A DNA stretch of 16,264 bases from an uncultured archaeon (GTDB lineage Archaea; Asgardarchaeota; Heimdallarchaeia; Heimdallarchaeales; Heimdallarchaeaceae). The position numbers were made by a program, and so were the translations under genes. Location of the stretch: assembly GCA_964534625.1 (NCBI GenBank), contig CAZHRF010000026.1, positions 27,041 to 43,304 of the forward strand, read 5' to 3'. The notes under the pieces are model-generated. The model worked only from the letters and a program-made list of their open reading frames with translations, was not told the DNA's origin and made no database searches. Positions 7,876 through 16,252 of the stretch are shown in pieces; position 1 is the first letter of the stretch, and each line of letters begins with the position of its first letter.

Positions 7876-8043
7876 AGTTACACTAAAAAAAGGATGGGGG
7901 TGAAACACTTACTCATTTTGTATACATTCCTACGTGAACTACTATACTCTTTCTCCCCCATAAATGTATGTACTACCCTCCTTCACCCTTGTTACTGCGT
8001 TTTTGTTTCGCCCCTACACCTAAAGAGGGGGTGAAACACTTAC
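7781..8043. repeat. Tandem duplication of the IS left end (7781-7912 and 7921-8043)
   Basis: TAT(G/A)CATTCCTACGTGAACTACTAT(GT/AC)TCTTTCTCCCCCATAAATGTATGT occurs at 7781 and 7921; both copies end GGGGGTGAAACACTTAC. Confidence 0.92.
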
Positions 8044-8060
8044 ATTTTAAGTAAGTGTTT
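8034..8060. mobile_element. Back-to-back IS-end junction (IR - 7 bp - IR)
   Basis: AAACACTTAC ATTTTAA GTAAGTGTTT: perfect 10-bp inverted repeat of the IS terminus around a 7-bp spacer. Confidence 0.6.
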
Positions 8061-8511
8061 TTATTTTTTATTTTGTTTGTTCTATTACTACCATTCAATA
8101 CTGCTTACTATAAGAAGAACTTCTCTTATACTCCTTGGCTACAGGTACATTATGTTACTCTTCTTCACGTTGCCAGTTGAGTGAAGTGCTCTATTTTTAG
8201 GGAAATTCCTAAAGCTGCCTAAAAAAACTCATTATTCCTTAAAATAGCACATAAACATTTACATTATACCTTATTAGAAGGGTCTTTTTGTCAATAACCT
8301 CTGTTCTCAAAAGGATGTCATTACAAGAATATACTGCTATATAAGTAGGTGGTATGTTTCCAGAAGGAAGGGCAATAAGTTTTATTCTAAGTGAGTTTAA
8401 CAGCAAGGAAAATAGATTTAAAGGCGTTATAGAATGTGCTGAAAAGAAAAGAAAAAAATAAGATTGGTTTGGATTGTATCTATGTATCTATCTTTACTAG
8501 AAAAATTAATT

Positions 8512-10569
8512 TTAATTGGTATTTAGAAAGTTTTCAATAAGTTCATCAAGACGATGATCCTTTTTGTTAAATTTTTTCAATGCATCGAGATTAATTTTTT
8601 TATCCATAATTGAGTGTTTTAAATTTTTGATTTTTACACGGATATCGAATGTTTCTTGGTCGCAGATTAGTATGAGATTATCATTATTTGTAACTGTATC
8701 CATCAATATAGCATAGTTTTGATAGGAAAAACTGGACAATTTTGTTTTCCTTTCCATCATATTATCAGTATACATTTGAATTGCCGATAAAGTTGTGCTT
8801 ACTAATATCTCATCTATTTCTTCTTTTTCTGTTTCCTTTTTTTTCTTAAAATATTTTTCGTAATATGGCACACCAGAACGCATATCTACCAATAATGTCG
8901 CATACACATTATTTTTTATTTTCTTTGCTTCTTTAATAAATTTAAAACTATTATATTGTTCTTGCATAGAAGGTACATCCAGCTCTTGCTTTTTCAAGGT
9001 AATTTTTTTCTCTCTTGATGTTATCTGGTTAATTTCATTTAGAAGATCTTCTGCTTTCGATCTTATTTCTATATAATAGTTTTCATTGGCTATTCTTCTT
9101 CCTTCGTTTATTCTTTCTCTCGCCCCGTCATAATCACCATTAATCATATCAATTCTCCCTTTCATAATTATAATATCTGCTTCAACATGGGGGAGATTTT
9201 GCTCTCTACTAATTTTAATGATGTTATCAGCATAGTAGATAATTCGACTATAATCATCGATAGAGCGAGTTATTAAAAAGTCTGTAATATAAATATCTAC
9301 TAAGAACAATTGTGCTTTTATTACATATTCATAATTATATGTTTTTAATGCTTCATTAAGACATGTTTTCAATAATTTTATCGCATCTCTCTTTTTTTCT
9401 TCGAATTTTATCTTATACCAAGCCAATAAGTAATGATAATACACTGATGCATTAACATCATTAGTTATTTTAAGAATCCTATTAGCTTCATCCAAATTCT
9501 GTAATACTTGTTCTTGATCTCCTTCATATAAATGTATTAAGGCCATATTCATATACGGTTCAGCTATAGTCAAATTGTCTTCAACAACTATACTTATTGC
9601 TTCTTCTAGTTTTTCTCGTGCTTCTTCTTTTCTATTTAGATAGCAAAGAACTTCCCCTATATTTGTTATAGCTATTAATTTATGTAAGGGATTATTTGCA
9701 ATTTCGTAAAAGTGCTGCAATTCTTCATACGCTTTTTGCCATTTTCCCAATGTGGCATAAATTGCTGCTCTGTTGTTCACTGCTCTACCTGTATCAACGT
9801 TTACTCCTGTTTTTTCTGAATATTCTAAAGCCAATTCCATTAATGCTAATGCTTCTTGATACTCTCCTCTCTTCATTGCAATTATTCCTGCTAGGTTTTC
9901 TAACATGGCAAGTAAATAGAGATCTTCTTCTTTCTCTGCCAAGTACCGGGTTTTTTTCGCAATAATCTCACAGTTATCTATTTCCCCTCTATAGAAATAG
10001 ATGTATGACACAACAGAATACATTAGCAGTTTATACAAAGGTAATAGTTGTTCTTGTTCTTCTTCCTCTACCAGATCATAGAACGTTTCTAACTGTGAAA
10101 CAATAGAAAATCCGAAAGATCGTCTAACCAAAGCTATAAGTAAGAACATCGCTTCTTGATAAAAACCTATTTCTTCATATGGTTGAGCTTGATACTGTGC
10201 TTGAAATTTGTGGAGCAAGTCTTGTATAGCTTTATAGTTATTTAATCTATAGTAGCATAAGGCTTTGTATAACCACTCTTCTTTATTCTGTGGTTCAGCA
10301 ATAAAGCTCAAACATTCGTTTAAATAGTAATTTGATAATAATACATCAATTATAAACAATCGTAATTGGGTAGTATGCCTTTTTTGCTTGTTCTCCCCTG
10401 TGTATTCTTTTATTGCTTTACTAATTTCGAGGATATTTTTCTTCTCTTCTAATCTTATCTCATTAGCGAATTGTTTGAACTCTTCCATTTCTAATAATTC
10501 GGGATATCTATGTTTCCACGGAACAGGTAAAACTAGAGCCATCTGTACTATCTTTACACTTAATCCCAT
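8512..10569 (-). CDS. TPR-repeat protein with C-terminal longin/roadblock-like domain
   Basis: TPR-like units (ENLAGIIAMKRGEYQEAL, NNRAAIYATLGKWQKA, TNIGEVLCYLNRKEEA, MNMALIHLYEGD); C-terminal VYATLLVDMRSGVPYY...ILVSTTLSAIQ...LSSFSYQNYAILM...LILIC pattern parallels 1834-2230. Confidence 0.82.
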   Translation of the reverse strand: MGLSVKIVQMALVLPVPWKHRYPELLEMEEFKQFANEIRLEEKKNILEISKAIKEYTGENKQKRHTTQLRLFIIDVLLSNYYLNECLSFIAEPQNKEEWLYKALCYYRLNNYKAIQDLLHKFQAQYQAQPYEEIGFYQEAMFLLIALVRRSFGFSIVSQLETFYDLVEEEEQEQLLPLYKLLMYSVVSYIYFYRGEIDNCEIIAKKTRYLAEKEEDLYLLAMLENLAGIIAMKRGEYQEALALMELALEYSEKTGVNVDTGRAVNNRAAIYATLGKWQKAYEELQHFYEIANNPLHKLIAITNIGEVLCYLNRKEEAREKLEEAISIVVEDNLTIAEPYMNMALIHLYEGDQEQVLQNLDEANRILKITNDVNASVYYHYLLAWYKIKFEEKKRDAIKLLKTCLNEALKTYNYEYVIKAQLFLVDIYITDFLITRSIDDYSRIIYYADNIIKISREQNLPHVEADIIIMKGRIDMINGDYDGARERINEGRRIANENYYIEIRSKAEDLLNEINQITSREKKITLKKQELDVPSMQEQYNSFKFIKEAKKIKNNVYATLLVDMRSGVPYYEKYFKKKKETEKEEIDEILVSTTLSAIQMYTDNMMERKTKLSSFSYQNYAILMDTVTNNDNLILICDQETFDIRVKIKNLKHSIMDKKINLDALKKFNKKDHRLDELIENFLNTN

Positions 10570-10717
10570 TTTAATTTTTGGTTAAGATATGCACAATGAT
10601 TTAACTTTAAATCAATCAGTTTATGTATAATTTGTGTATAAAAATAAATTACTAGTACTAGGTAATCGAAAATGTTACAAATCTCATCAGCACAGATTCT
10701 TGATCTACAAATAGTGT

Positions 10718-12157
10718 TTAAATCCAAGGATTCACTCGATCTAGAAAGTTTTCTAGTTCAGAATACGCTGAAAACATTATTTCCTGTTTCTTATTCTCTG
10801 ACTCTTTTTTCAATTCTGCTTCTTTCAAATCTGAAATATAACGCTCTAGGATAATTTGGTCTTCTGTGAACATGTTTTTTTGTCCATTCAAGCCTTGAAT
10901 TCTTTGTAAGATATTTTCCGCCTTCTTCCAATCCCCTTTAGCACATAAAATAAATGCATACGCTATAAGTAATGCTACTTGATGTAAAAGGATATTTTGT
11001 TCTCTAGCTATTTTCAACCCTTCTTCTATTTTTATCTCTAACTCTTCATGATCTTCTAAAGCTGCCATATAGAAACAACTAACTCGTAGAAGATGGAAAT
11101 ATACTGAATAGAGTTTATGTTCTAGAGCCTTTTCCAAAGCAAGATAACCTAAAACTTTTGAATCATGATATTCTCCCATTTGGAATTTTTGGATAGCTTC
11201 TAAGCCCAATCCCCAAATTGTCAGGAAATAACTTTCTTGCTCCTCTGCCAGTTTATCAAACTCTTGTATAATTTCATTTGTCATATCAAAATTGTTCTGA
11301 AATGCATAAACATAAAATAATCTAATTAAAACGCTAGGTAAAATGTCTTTGTTTTGTGTTTCTTCTAATATTGTTTTCGCCTTAATCAAGCATTCTTCTG
11401 CTTGCTCAATGTTATTCTGTCTAATGTTAATTAATCCTTTTACAGATAAAGCCCCAGCTAAAGTCCGCAAATAGAGTTTCTCTTGTGCGACTTTAATAGC
11501 TTGCTCTACCATCTTACACGCATCTTCAAAATCGTTAAAATAGCTATAAATGACAGCTAAATTACTTTTTGTGATTGCCCACCCAAACCAATCTTTATTG
11601 TTTTCTTTTATTTGTAGTACTTTCTCTCCTGTGGTTATTGCGAGTGAATATTGTCCCAGATGTGAATAACAGATTAATAGATTATTTAAGATCTTATCTT
11701 GGGGTAAGTTTCTTTCCTCACTTATTTCTAGAGCCTTTAGGTAATATTTTTTTGCTTCTATTAATCTTCCTTGATAAAAATGTGTAATGCCAATATTCAT
11801 CAGCATTACTGGATAACTTTCACTTGTCTCTACTCCTTTTTGCTCAATTAAGTGTTCTAATAAGTCTATGGACTTATTATAGTTACCTCCAGAAGAATAG
11901 CAATTTGATAGAAGTATACCTGTTCGAATATACAGATCTTGGTTATTTGTTTTTGCCCAATTATTAACTTTAGATGTTATTTTTATACATGCTTCAATAT
12001 TGCCTTTATAAAAAAATGCTTTACCTACAATATATTCAATGTCTCTTAGTTCAGCTATGTCTATTGTTTTTCCTTTTAACTTTTGATAAGATTCTATAAT
12101 CTCTTCTAGTTTTTTAGATTTTTCAAGTTTGACAAACTCATCCAAATAATCTGGCAT
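10718..12157 (-). CDS. TPR-repeat protein (no obvious C-terminal output domain)
   Basis: TPR units MNIGITHFYQGRLIEAKKYY, NNLLICYSHLGQYSLA, SNLAVIYSYFNDFEDA, SVKGLINIRQNNIEQA; ATG at 12157 (ORF track starts at the preceding TTG). Confidence 0.85.
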   Translation of the reverse strand: MPDYLDEFVKLEKSKKLEEIIESYQKLKGKTIDIAELRDIEYIVGKAFFYKGNIEACIKITSKVNNWAKTNNQDLYIRTGILLSNCYSSGGNYNKSIDLLEHLIEQKGVETSESYPVMLMNIGITHFYQGRLIEAKKYYLKALEISEERNLPQDKILNNLLICYSHLGQYSLAITTGEKVLQIKENNKDWFGWAITKSNLAVIYSYFNDFEDACKMVEQAIKVAQEKLYLRTLAGALSVKGLINIRQNNIEQAEECLIKAKTILEETQNKDILPSVLIRLFYVYAFQNNFDMTNEIIQEFDKLAEEQESYFLTIWGLGLEAIQKFQMGEYHDSKVLGYLALEKALEHKLYSVYFHLLRVSCFYMAALEDHEELEIKIEEGLKIAREQNILLHQVALLIAYAFILCAKGDWKKAENILQRIQGLNGQKNMFTEDQIILERYISDLKEAELKKESENKKQEIMFSAYSELENFLDRVNPWI

Positions 12158-12387
12158 CAAGCAATATTAATACCAGCATTATTTATTTATTCCTATAACG
12201 TAACAAAAGACGTTACCAATTATCTCTATCTTCGTGGTTTACCTTTTCTTTCTCTTTTTAGCACATGTTCAATTTTTCTAGCCTTAAAGTACAGCTTTGT
12301 TTATTGACTAGCTAATACAACAAAAGTAAATGAGCATAAAAAAAGGTTTTACTTGATCCAAAGTTTAAATAGATTAAAATAGGGCGA

Positions 12388-13740
12388 TTATTTCGCTTTT
12401 TTCCAAGCCTTAAAACTCCCTAGTACAACATTCACATTGTCAAATCCATTTCTTTGGAGAATACTAGCAACTATACTTGCCCGTAACCCTGTACTGCATA
12501 ATACACAAATGTTTTTATCTTTAGGAACTTCATCTAAATGCATATTTATGTTTCCAGCAAATATATTCACAGAATTTGGTATATGATCTTTTTCCCAGTA
12601 TACTTGTTTTCTTACATCAAGTATAAAATACTCTTCCTTATCAATTAGATTTTTAAAATCATATATTGACATAACACCATAAGTTTTGATAGGCATTGCT
12701 TCTACATACCATTCTTTTATACCCCCAGCCAAATATCCCACAATATTATCCATCCCTATTCGTCTAAGATACTTTATTACCCTAGTAATGTCCATTGGAT
12801 TAGATAAGATTAAAAGAATAGGCTGCTCCTTTTGTAAGTAATACCCACCATATAAAGATAAACCTTCTAGCCAAATATTAATTGACCCTTCTATATGTGC
12901 TGCTCCATAATCGGTCGGTTCTCTAGTATCTACAATTATGGTTTCATCAGTCATTTTCTCTTTGAATTCATTACAGTTCAAAGGTTGTGGTTCTACAAGA
13001 TCAGATACATATGTGGCTGTACCTGTTTGATTATAATGTTCCATATTTTTCATGTAGGGTGCTATATCATGATTTTCATTCACTTTATAATCAATGAATT
13101 TTTCTTTAGTCAATTGTAGCATTTTGTTCAGTTTCTTTTCTATCCCAATTGTCGTATTATCACGGGGTTCAATATACATTCCGCATACACTTCCTGCACC
13201 ATGGGCTGAACATACTATCACATCATCACCCAATGGTAAAATTTTGTTATGAAGACTATCATATAACTTTTCTGCGAATACAGGAGTATTATCTATACCG
13301 TAAAAATCAGTTCTGCCGACATCACCGGCAAATAATGCATCACCTGTACACACTAATATCGGTTGTTCTGGATGGTTTTCTGAATAAACGACATAGGCAA
13401 AATGTTCCTTTGTATGTCCAGGTGTATGGAGCCCTTTTACTTTTGTTGATCCAAACTCTAACTCTTCTCTGTCGTCAATGTAAGTACCATATTTGAATTC
13501 AATTCCCTTTCCATGATATATAGTAGCTCCTGTTTTCTTACTCAATTCTTTTGAACCTATTATGAAATCTTCATTTCGATGCGTTTCTAAAACATATTTT
13601 ATTTTCATGGAATTCTTCACACTTAACTCAAGATATATCTCTATGTCTCTTCGCGGGTCTACTACAATCGCTTCATTTTCTGACCCTATAAAATATGATA
13701 TATTGGATAATCCTTCAGATTTTATACGTTCTACTAACAT
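12388..13740 (-). CDS. MBL-fold hydrolase fused to two rhodanese domains (persulfide dioxygenase/sulfurtransferase-like)
   Basis: VVDPRRD, LETHRNEDF, HTPGHT, TGDALF, AHGAGSVCG; pseudo-rhodanese VDTRE..YGAAHIEGS; active rhodanese LDVR..HIPNS..LCSTGLRA; likely start MLVERIKSEGL at 13740. Confidence 0.9.
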   Translation of the reverse strand: MLVERIKSEGLSNISYFIGSENEAIVVDPRRDIEIYLELSVKNSMKIKYVLETHRNEDFIIGSKELSKKTGATIYHGKGIEFKYGTYIDDREELEFGSTKVKGLHTPGHTKEHFAYVVYSENHPEQPILVCTGDALFAGDVGRTDFYGIDNTPVFAEKLYDSLHNKILPLGDDVIVCSAHGAGSVCGMYIEPRDNTTIGIEKKLNKMLQLTKEKFIDYKVNENHDIAPYMKNMEHYNQTGTATYVSDLVEPQPLNCNEFKEKMTDETIIVDTREPTDYGAAHIEGSINIWLEGLSLYGGYYLQKEQPILLILSNPMDITRVIKYLRRIGMDNIVGYLAGGIKEWYVEAMPIKTYGVMSIYDFKNLIDKEEYFILDVRKQVYWEKDHIPNSVNIFAGNINMHLDEVPKDKNICVLCSTGLRASIVASILQRNGFDNVNVVLGSFKAWKKAK

Positions 13741-14068
13741 AAATATGTCAATAAATAATTCTTTAATAATTTTTCTGAATAACAAATTGAATAATCAATC
13801 AAAACTAACTCAAATGTGCAGTCTGTAATTATTTGATGAAAAATCTGTTTTTAGTTCACAAGCATAATCTTTTGGTTATAGTGTATTATTTCACCTTATT
13901 CTGTCAATCTTACTAAAAAAATACATTAATGAACAATACTATTTGGTAAGTATTTTTGAAAACAAGAATAGCTCCAGCCTATAACTTAACTAGACCACTA
14001 TTTCTCGTAACCGATTCAATATGCAAACTAAAATAACTTTTTTAACTCGTAATACTTTACTGCATTTC

Positions 14069-14818
14069 ATGGTGACCATTAGAGCTCGAAATACCATTTT
14101 TGAAGATGTTGAACTTATTGCATTTGATAAAGATGGTACGCTTTTAGATTTCTCTATGTATGTTCCAATCATGCTCAAACGTGCACAGTTAATTTGTCAG
14201 AAATACAATTTAGATGGAAAACATCATGAAAAACTCGAAGAACTTTTAGGATTAGATCCTAACACTCACGAAGCTATAGTTGGTGGTGCTATTCATATGG
14301 ATCGTGTCTCCGTCATTGAACAGGTATTCAAGTACTTATCAACTCACCAAGTTTCTTCGTCTATAGAATCTATTTCAGAATTATTTACAAATGTTGATGA
14401 TATAGTTAGTATGGCGAATTATGTTAATCCTTACAAGGGAGTGAAACAATTACTCCACACATTAAAGAACAAAGGCATCAAAACCATAATTATAACGCAT
14501 GATAGTACCGAACCAGCTATAAAACACCTTAAAGCGGCAGGTCTTGCTAATTACTTTGAAATTATTCTTGGTATGGATCTTAATTCTCCTTACAAACGTA
14601 AACCATCCCCTGACATGTTAAAATATGCTTGTGATAGATTGGGTATATCTGTCACTAAGGCTCTTGTAGTTGGTGATTCTAATACTGATCTCCTTGTAGC
14701 TAAAAATGCTGGTGCAATAGGCAGTATTGGTGTTACTTCAGGTCGATATGCAGCTGATGTTTTACTAGACGCAGATGTTATAGTTGATTCAGTTGCTAAT
14801 ATTGAAATCATAGATTAA
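14069..14818 (+). CDS. HAD-superfamily phosphatase (phosphoglycolate phosphatase-like)
   Basis: Motif I FDKDGTL, motif II ITHD, motif III KPSP, motif IV VGDSNTD; start may be 14069 or 14021. Confidence 0.9.
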   Translation: MVTIRARNTIFEDVELIAFDKDGTLLDFSMYVPIMLKRAQLICQKYNLDGKHHEKLEELLGLDPNTHEAIVGGAIHMDRVSVIEQVFKYLSTHQVSSSIESISELFTNVDDIVSMANYVNPYKGVKQLLHTLKNKGIKTIIITHDSTEPAIKHLKAAGLANYFEIILGMDLNSPYKRKPSPDMLKYACDRLGISVTKALVVGDSNTDLLVAKNAGAIGSIGVTSGRYAADVLLDADVIVDSVANIEIID

Positions 14819-14912
14819 TTATTGGTTAATATCTAATCAAGATTTATTGCTGTTTTTTTCTTTGGAATATTCATCCATTATCTTTTTTAATATACTATTA
14901 CTCTAATTTCTA

Positions 14913-16106
14913 ATGAATAATATTAAGGCTAAGACTAAGGTAGCTATTGTCAAAATAGATGATACGATTGATCAAGCTGTTCGTCAAGCTGTTGAGCTCG
15001 CTGGAGGTATTGATGCTCCTTCTCATAATCACAATATTCTTGTTAAGCCAAACGCCCTTACATATTTTAAAGATCCTGAAAAGCAACTTGTTTGTACTAC
15101 TCATCCTGAGGTTGTCCGCTCTCTCATCCGATTATACAAAGAAGCAGGATATACTGTTGCTGTTGGTGATTCTTCTGGTGCTTCTACAAACACCAGTAAG
15201 GTACTAAAAGAAGCAGGATTTGAACAGATTGCTATTGAAGAAGATGTAGACATTGTTAACCTTTCCTCTGGTGCTCAAGATGTAGATATCGAAGGATCCA
15301 AAAAATTACACCACGTAGCTTTTTCTAAAAAAGCTTTGGATTCCTTAATTGTTAATGCTGCAAAAATGAAAACTCACACTCTTACTAGGGTTACTCTCGC
15401 CATTAAGAACCTTTTTGGGACAGTTCCCGGAATGGAGAAAATCAGAGTACATGCTTTTGGTAACACGTCCTTTGGATTTAGTCAATGCTTGGTTGATATT
15501 TACAAACACCTTAAGGATCAAACAATAATGCACGTTATCGATGCTACTATAGCCATGGAAGGGCATGGTCCATCAAGTGGAACTCCAGTTGAGATGAATC
15601 TTATACTAGCAAGTAAAGATGCAGTGGCTTTGGATGCTGTTACCACTGCGCTTATGAAAGAAAAACCTTCATCTATTCTTACTACCAAGTATGCTCATGA
15701 ACGCGGATTAGGTACAATGGATAGAAAAGAGATCGAGATAGTAGGAGAAAAAGTTACTACTGTGGCAAAAAGATTTAAAGTTCCAGGCAAAATTGTCTCT
15801 CTATTACCTATAGGGATGTTCTGGAGGTTTTTAACTAAACAGCCATATTATGCTGGTGAAGGATGTATTGCTTGCTTAAGATGTCAAAATATTTGTCCAG
15901 TGTCAGCTATTCACGTAGAAAAAAAACCAGAGAAAAAACCAATTTTTGATTATACTAAATGTATCAGTTGTTTTAGCTGCCAAGAACTTTGTCCTGAACA
16001 TGTAATTAAAGTTGGTAAATATAAATACAAGAATTTCTTTATTTTACTGCTTGTAAATGTTCTTTTGTTGATTGCAGTTATAACATTGTTAATTGTTTTT
16101 TCCTAA
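14913..16106 (+). CDS. DUF362 domain protein with 2x[4Fe-4S] ferredoxin domain and C-terminal membrane anchor
   Basis: ILVKPN, TTHPEVV, VGDSSG, KMKTH..T.VTLAIKNLFG, MEGHGP, DAVALD motifs; CIACLRCQNICP and CISCFSCQELCP; terminal hydrophobic FFILLLVNVLLLIAVITLLIVFS. Confidence 0.88.
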   Translation: MNNIKAKTKVAIVKIDDTIDQAVRQAVELAGGIDAPSHNHNILVKPNALTYFKDPEKQLVCTTHPEVVRSLIRLYKEAGYTVAVGDSSGASTNTSKVLKEAGFEQIAIEEDVDIVNLSSGAQDVDIEGSKKLHHVAFSKKALDSLIVNAAKMKTHTLTRVTLAIKNLFGTVPGMEKIRVHAFGNTSFGFSQCLVDIYKHLKDQTIMHVIDATIAMEGHGPSSGTPVEMNLILASKDAVALDAVTTALMKEKPSSILTTKYAHERGLGTMDRKEIEIVGEKVTTVAKRFKVPGKIVSLLPIGMFWRFLTKQPYYAGEGCIACLRCQNICPVSAIHVEKKPEKKPIFDYTKCISCFSCQELCPEHVIKVGKYKYKNFFILLLVNVLLLIAVITLLIVFS

Positions 16107-16232
16107 ACTAGTCATAAACAACTTTCTATATTTTTTTTAAATCAGAACCACTTTAAGTATTTACTAGAACAACGAACAACAAACTAGATCAAATAAAAAA
16201 AGAAAGTTGATAAAAAAGGGTTCGTAGTTCCA

Positions 16233-16252
16233 TCCTCTGAGGGGACAGAGGA
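16233..16252 (-). terminator. GC-rich hairpin followed by T-tracts on minus strand
   Basis: TCCTCTG-agggga-CAGAGGA perfect 7-bp stem; minus strand continues into TTTTTT and TTTTTTT tracts (16195-16217). Confidence 0.4.

Larger units (their letters stand above)
7253..7912 (-). mobile_element. Truncated IS66-like element retaining its left end
   Basis: Terminus GTAAGTGTTTCACCCCC (minus strand, starting 7912) has the GTAA start typical of IS66 IRs and lies 37 bp upstream of the transposase ATG. Confidence 0.72.

Noticed and set aside
7781-8060. CRISPR array (repeated ...GTGAAACACTTAC)
   Set aside because: Only two long diverged copies with homologous rather than unique intervening sequence; better explained as IS ends; no cas genes.
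8263-8294. Perfect bacterial -35/-10 hexamers TTGACA and TATAAT on the minus strand
   Set aside because: Spacer is 20 bp rather than ~17, the host appears archaeal, and no gene follows.
8290-8320. GTCAATAACC resembling the start of IscB/HEARO omega-RNA elements
   Set aside because: The expected GC-rich hairpin does not follow and no IscB/TnpB ORF is present.
12294-12303. 10-bp inverted match (TAAACAAAGC) to the start of the direct repeat, upstream of TPR gene 3
   Set aside because: Too short, does not extend, opposite orientation; plausible by chance in AT-rich DNA.
12895-15566. Short ORFs 12895-13119, 13149-13496, 13562-13828, 13990-14178, 14590-14811, 14910-15104, 14959-15207, 15345-15566
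   Set aside because: Overlap well-supported genes in antisense or alternate frames; no independent evidence.
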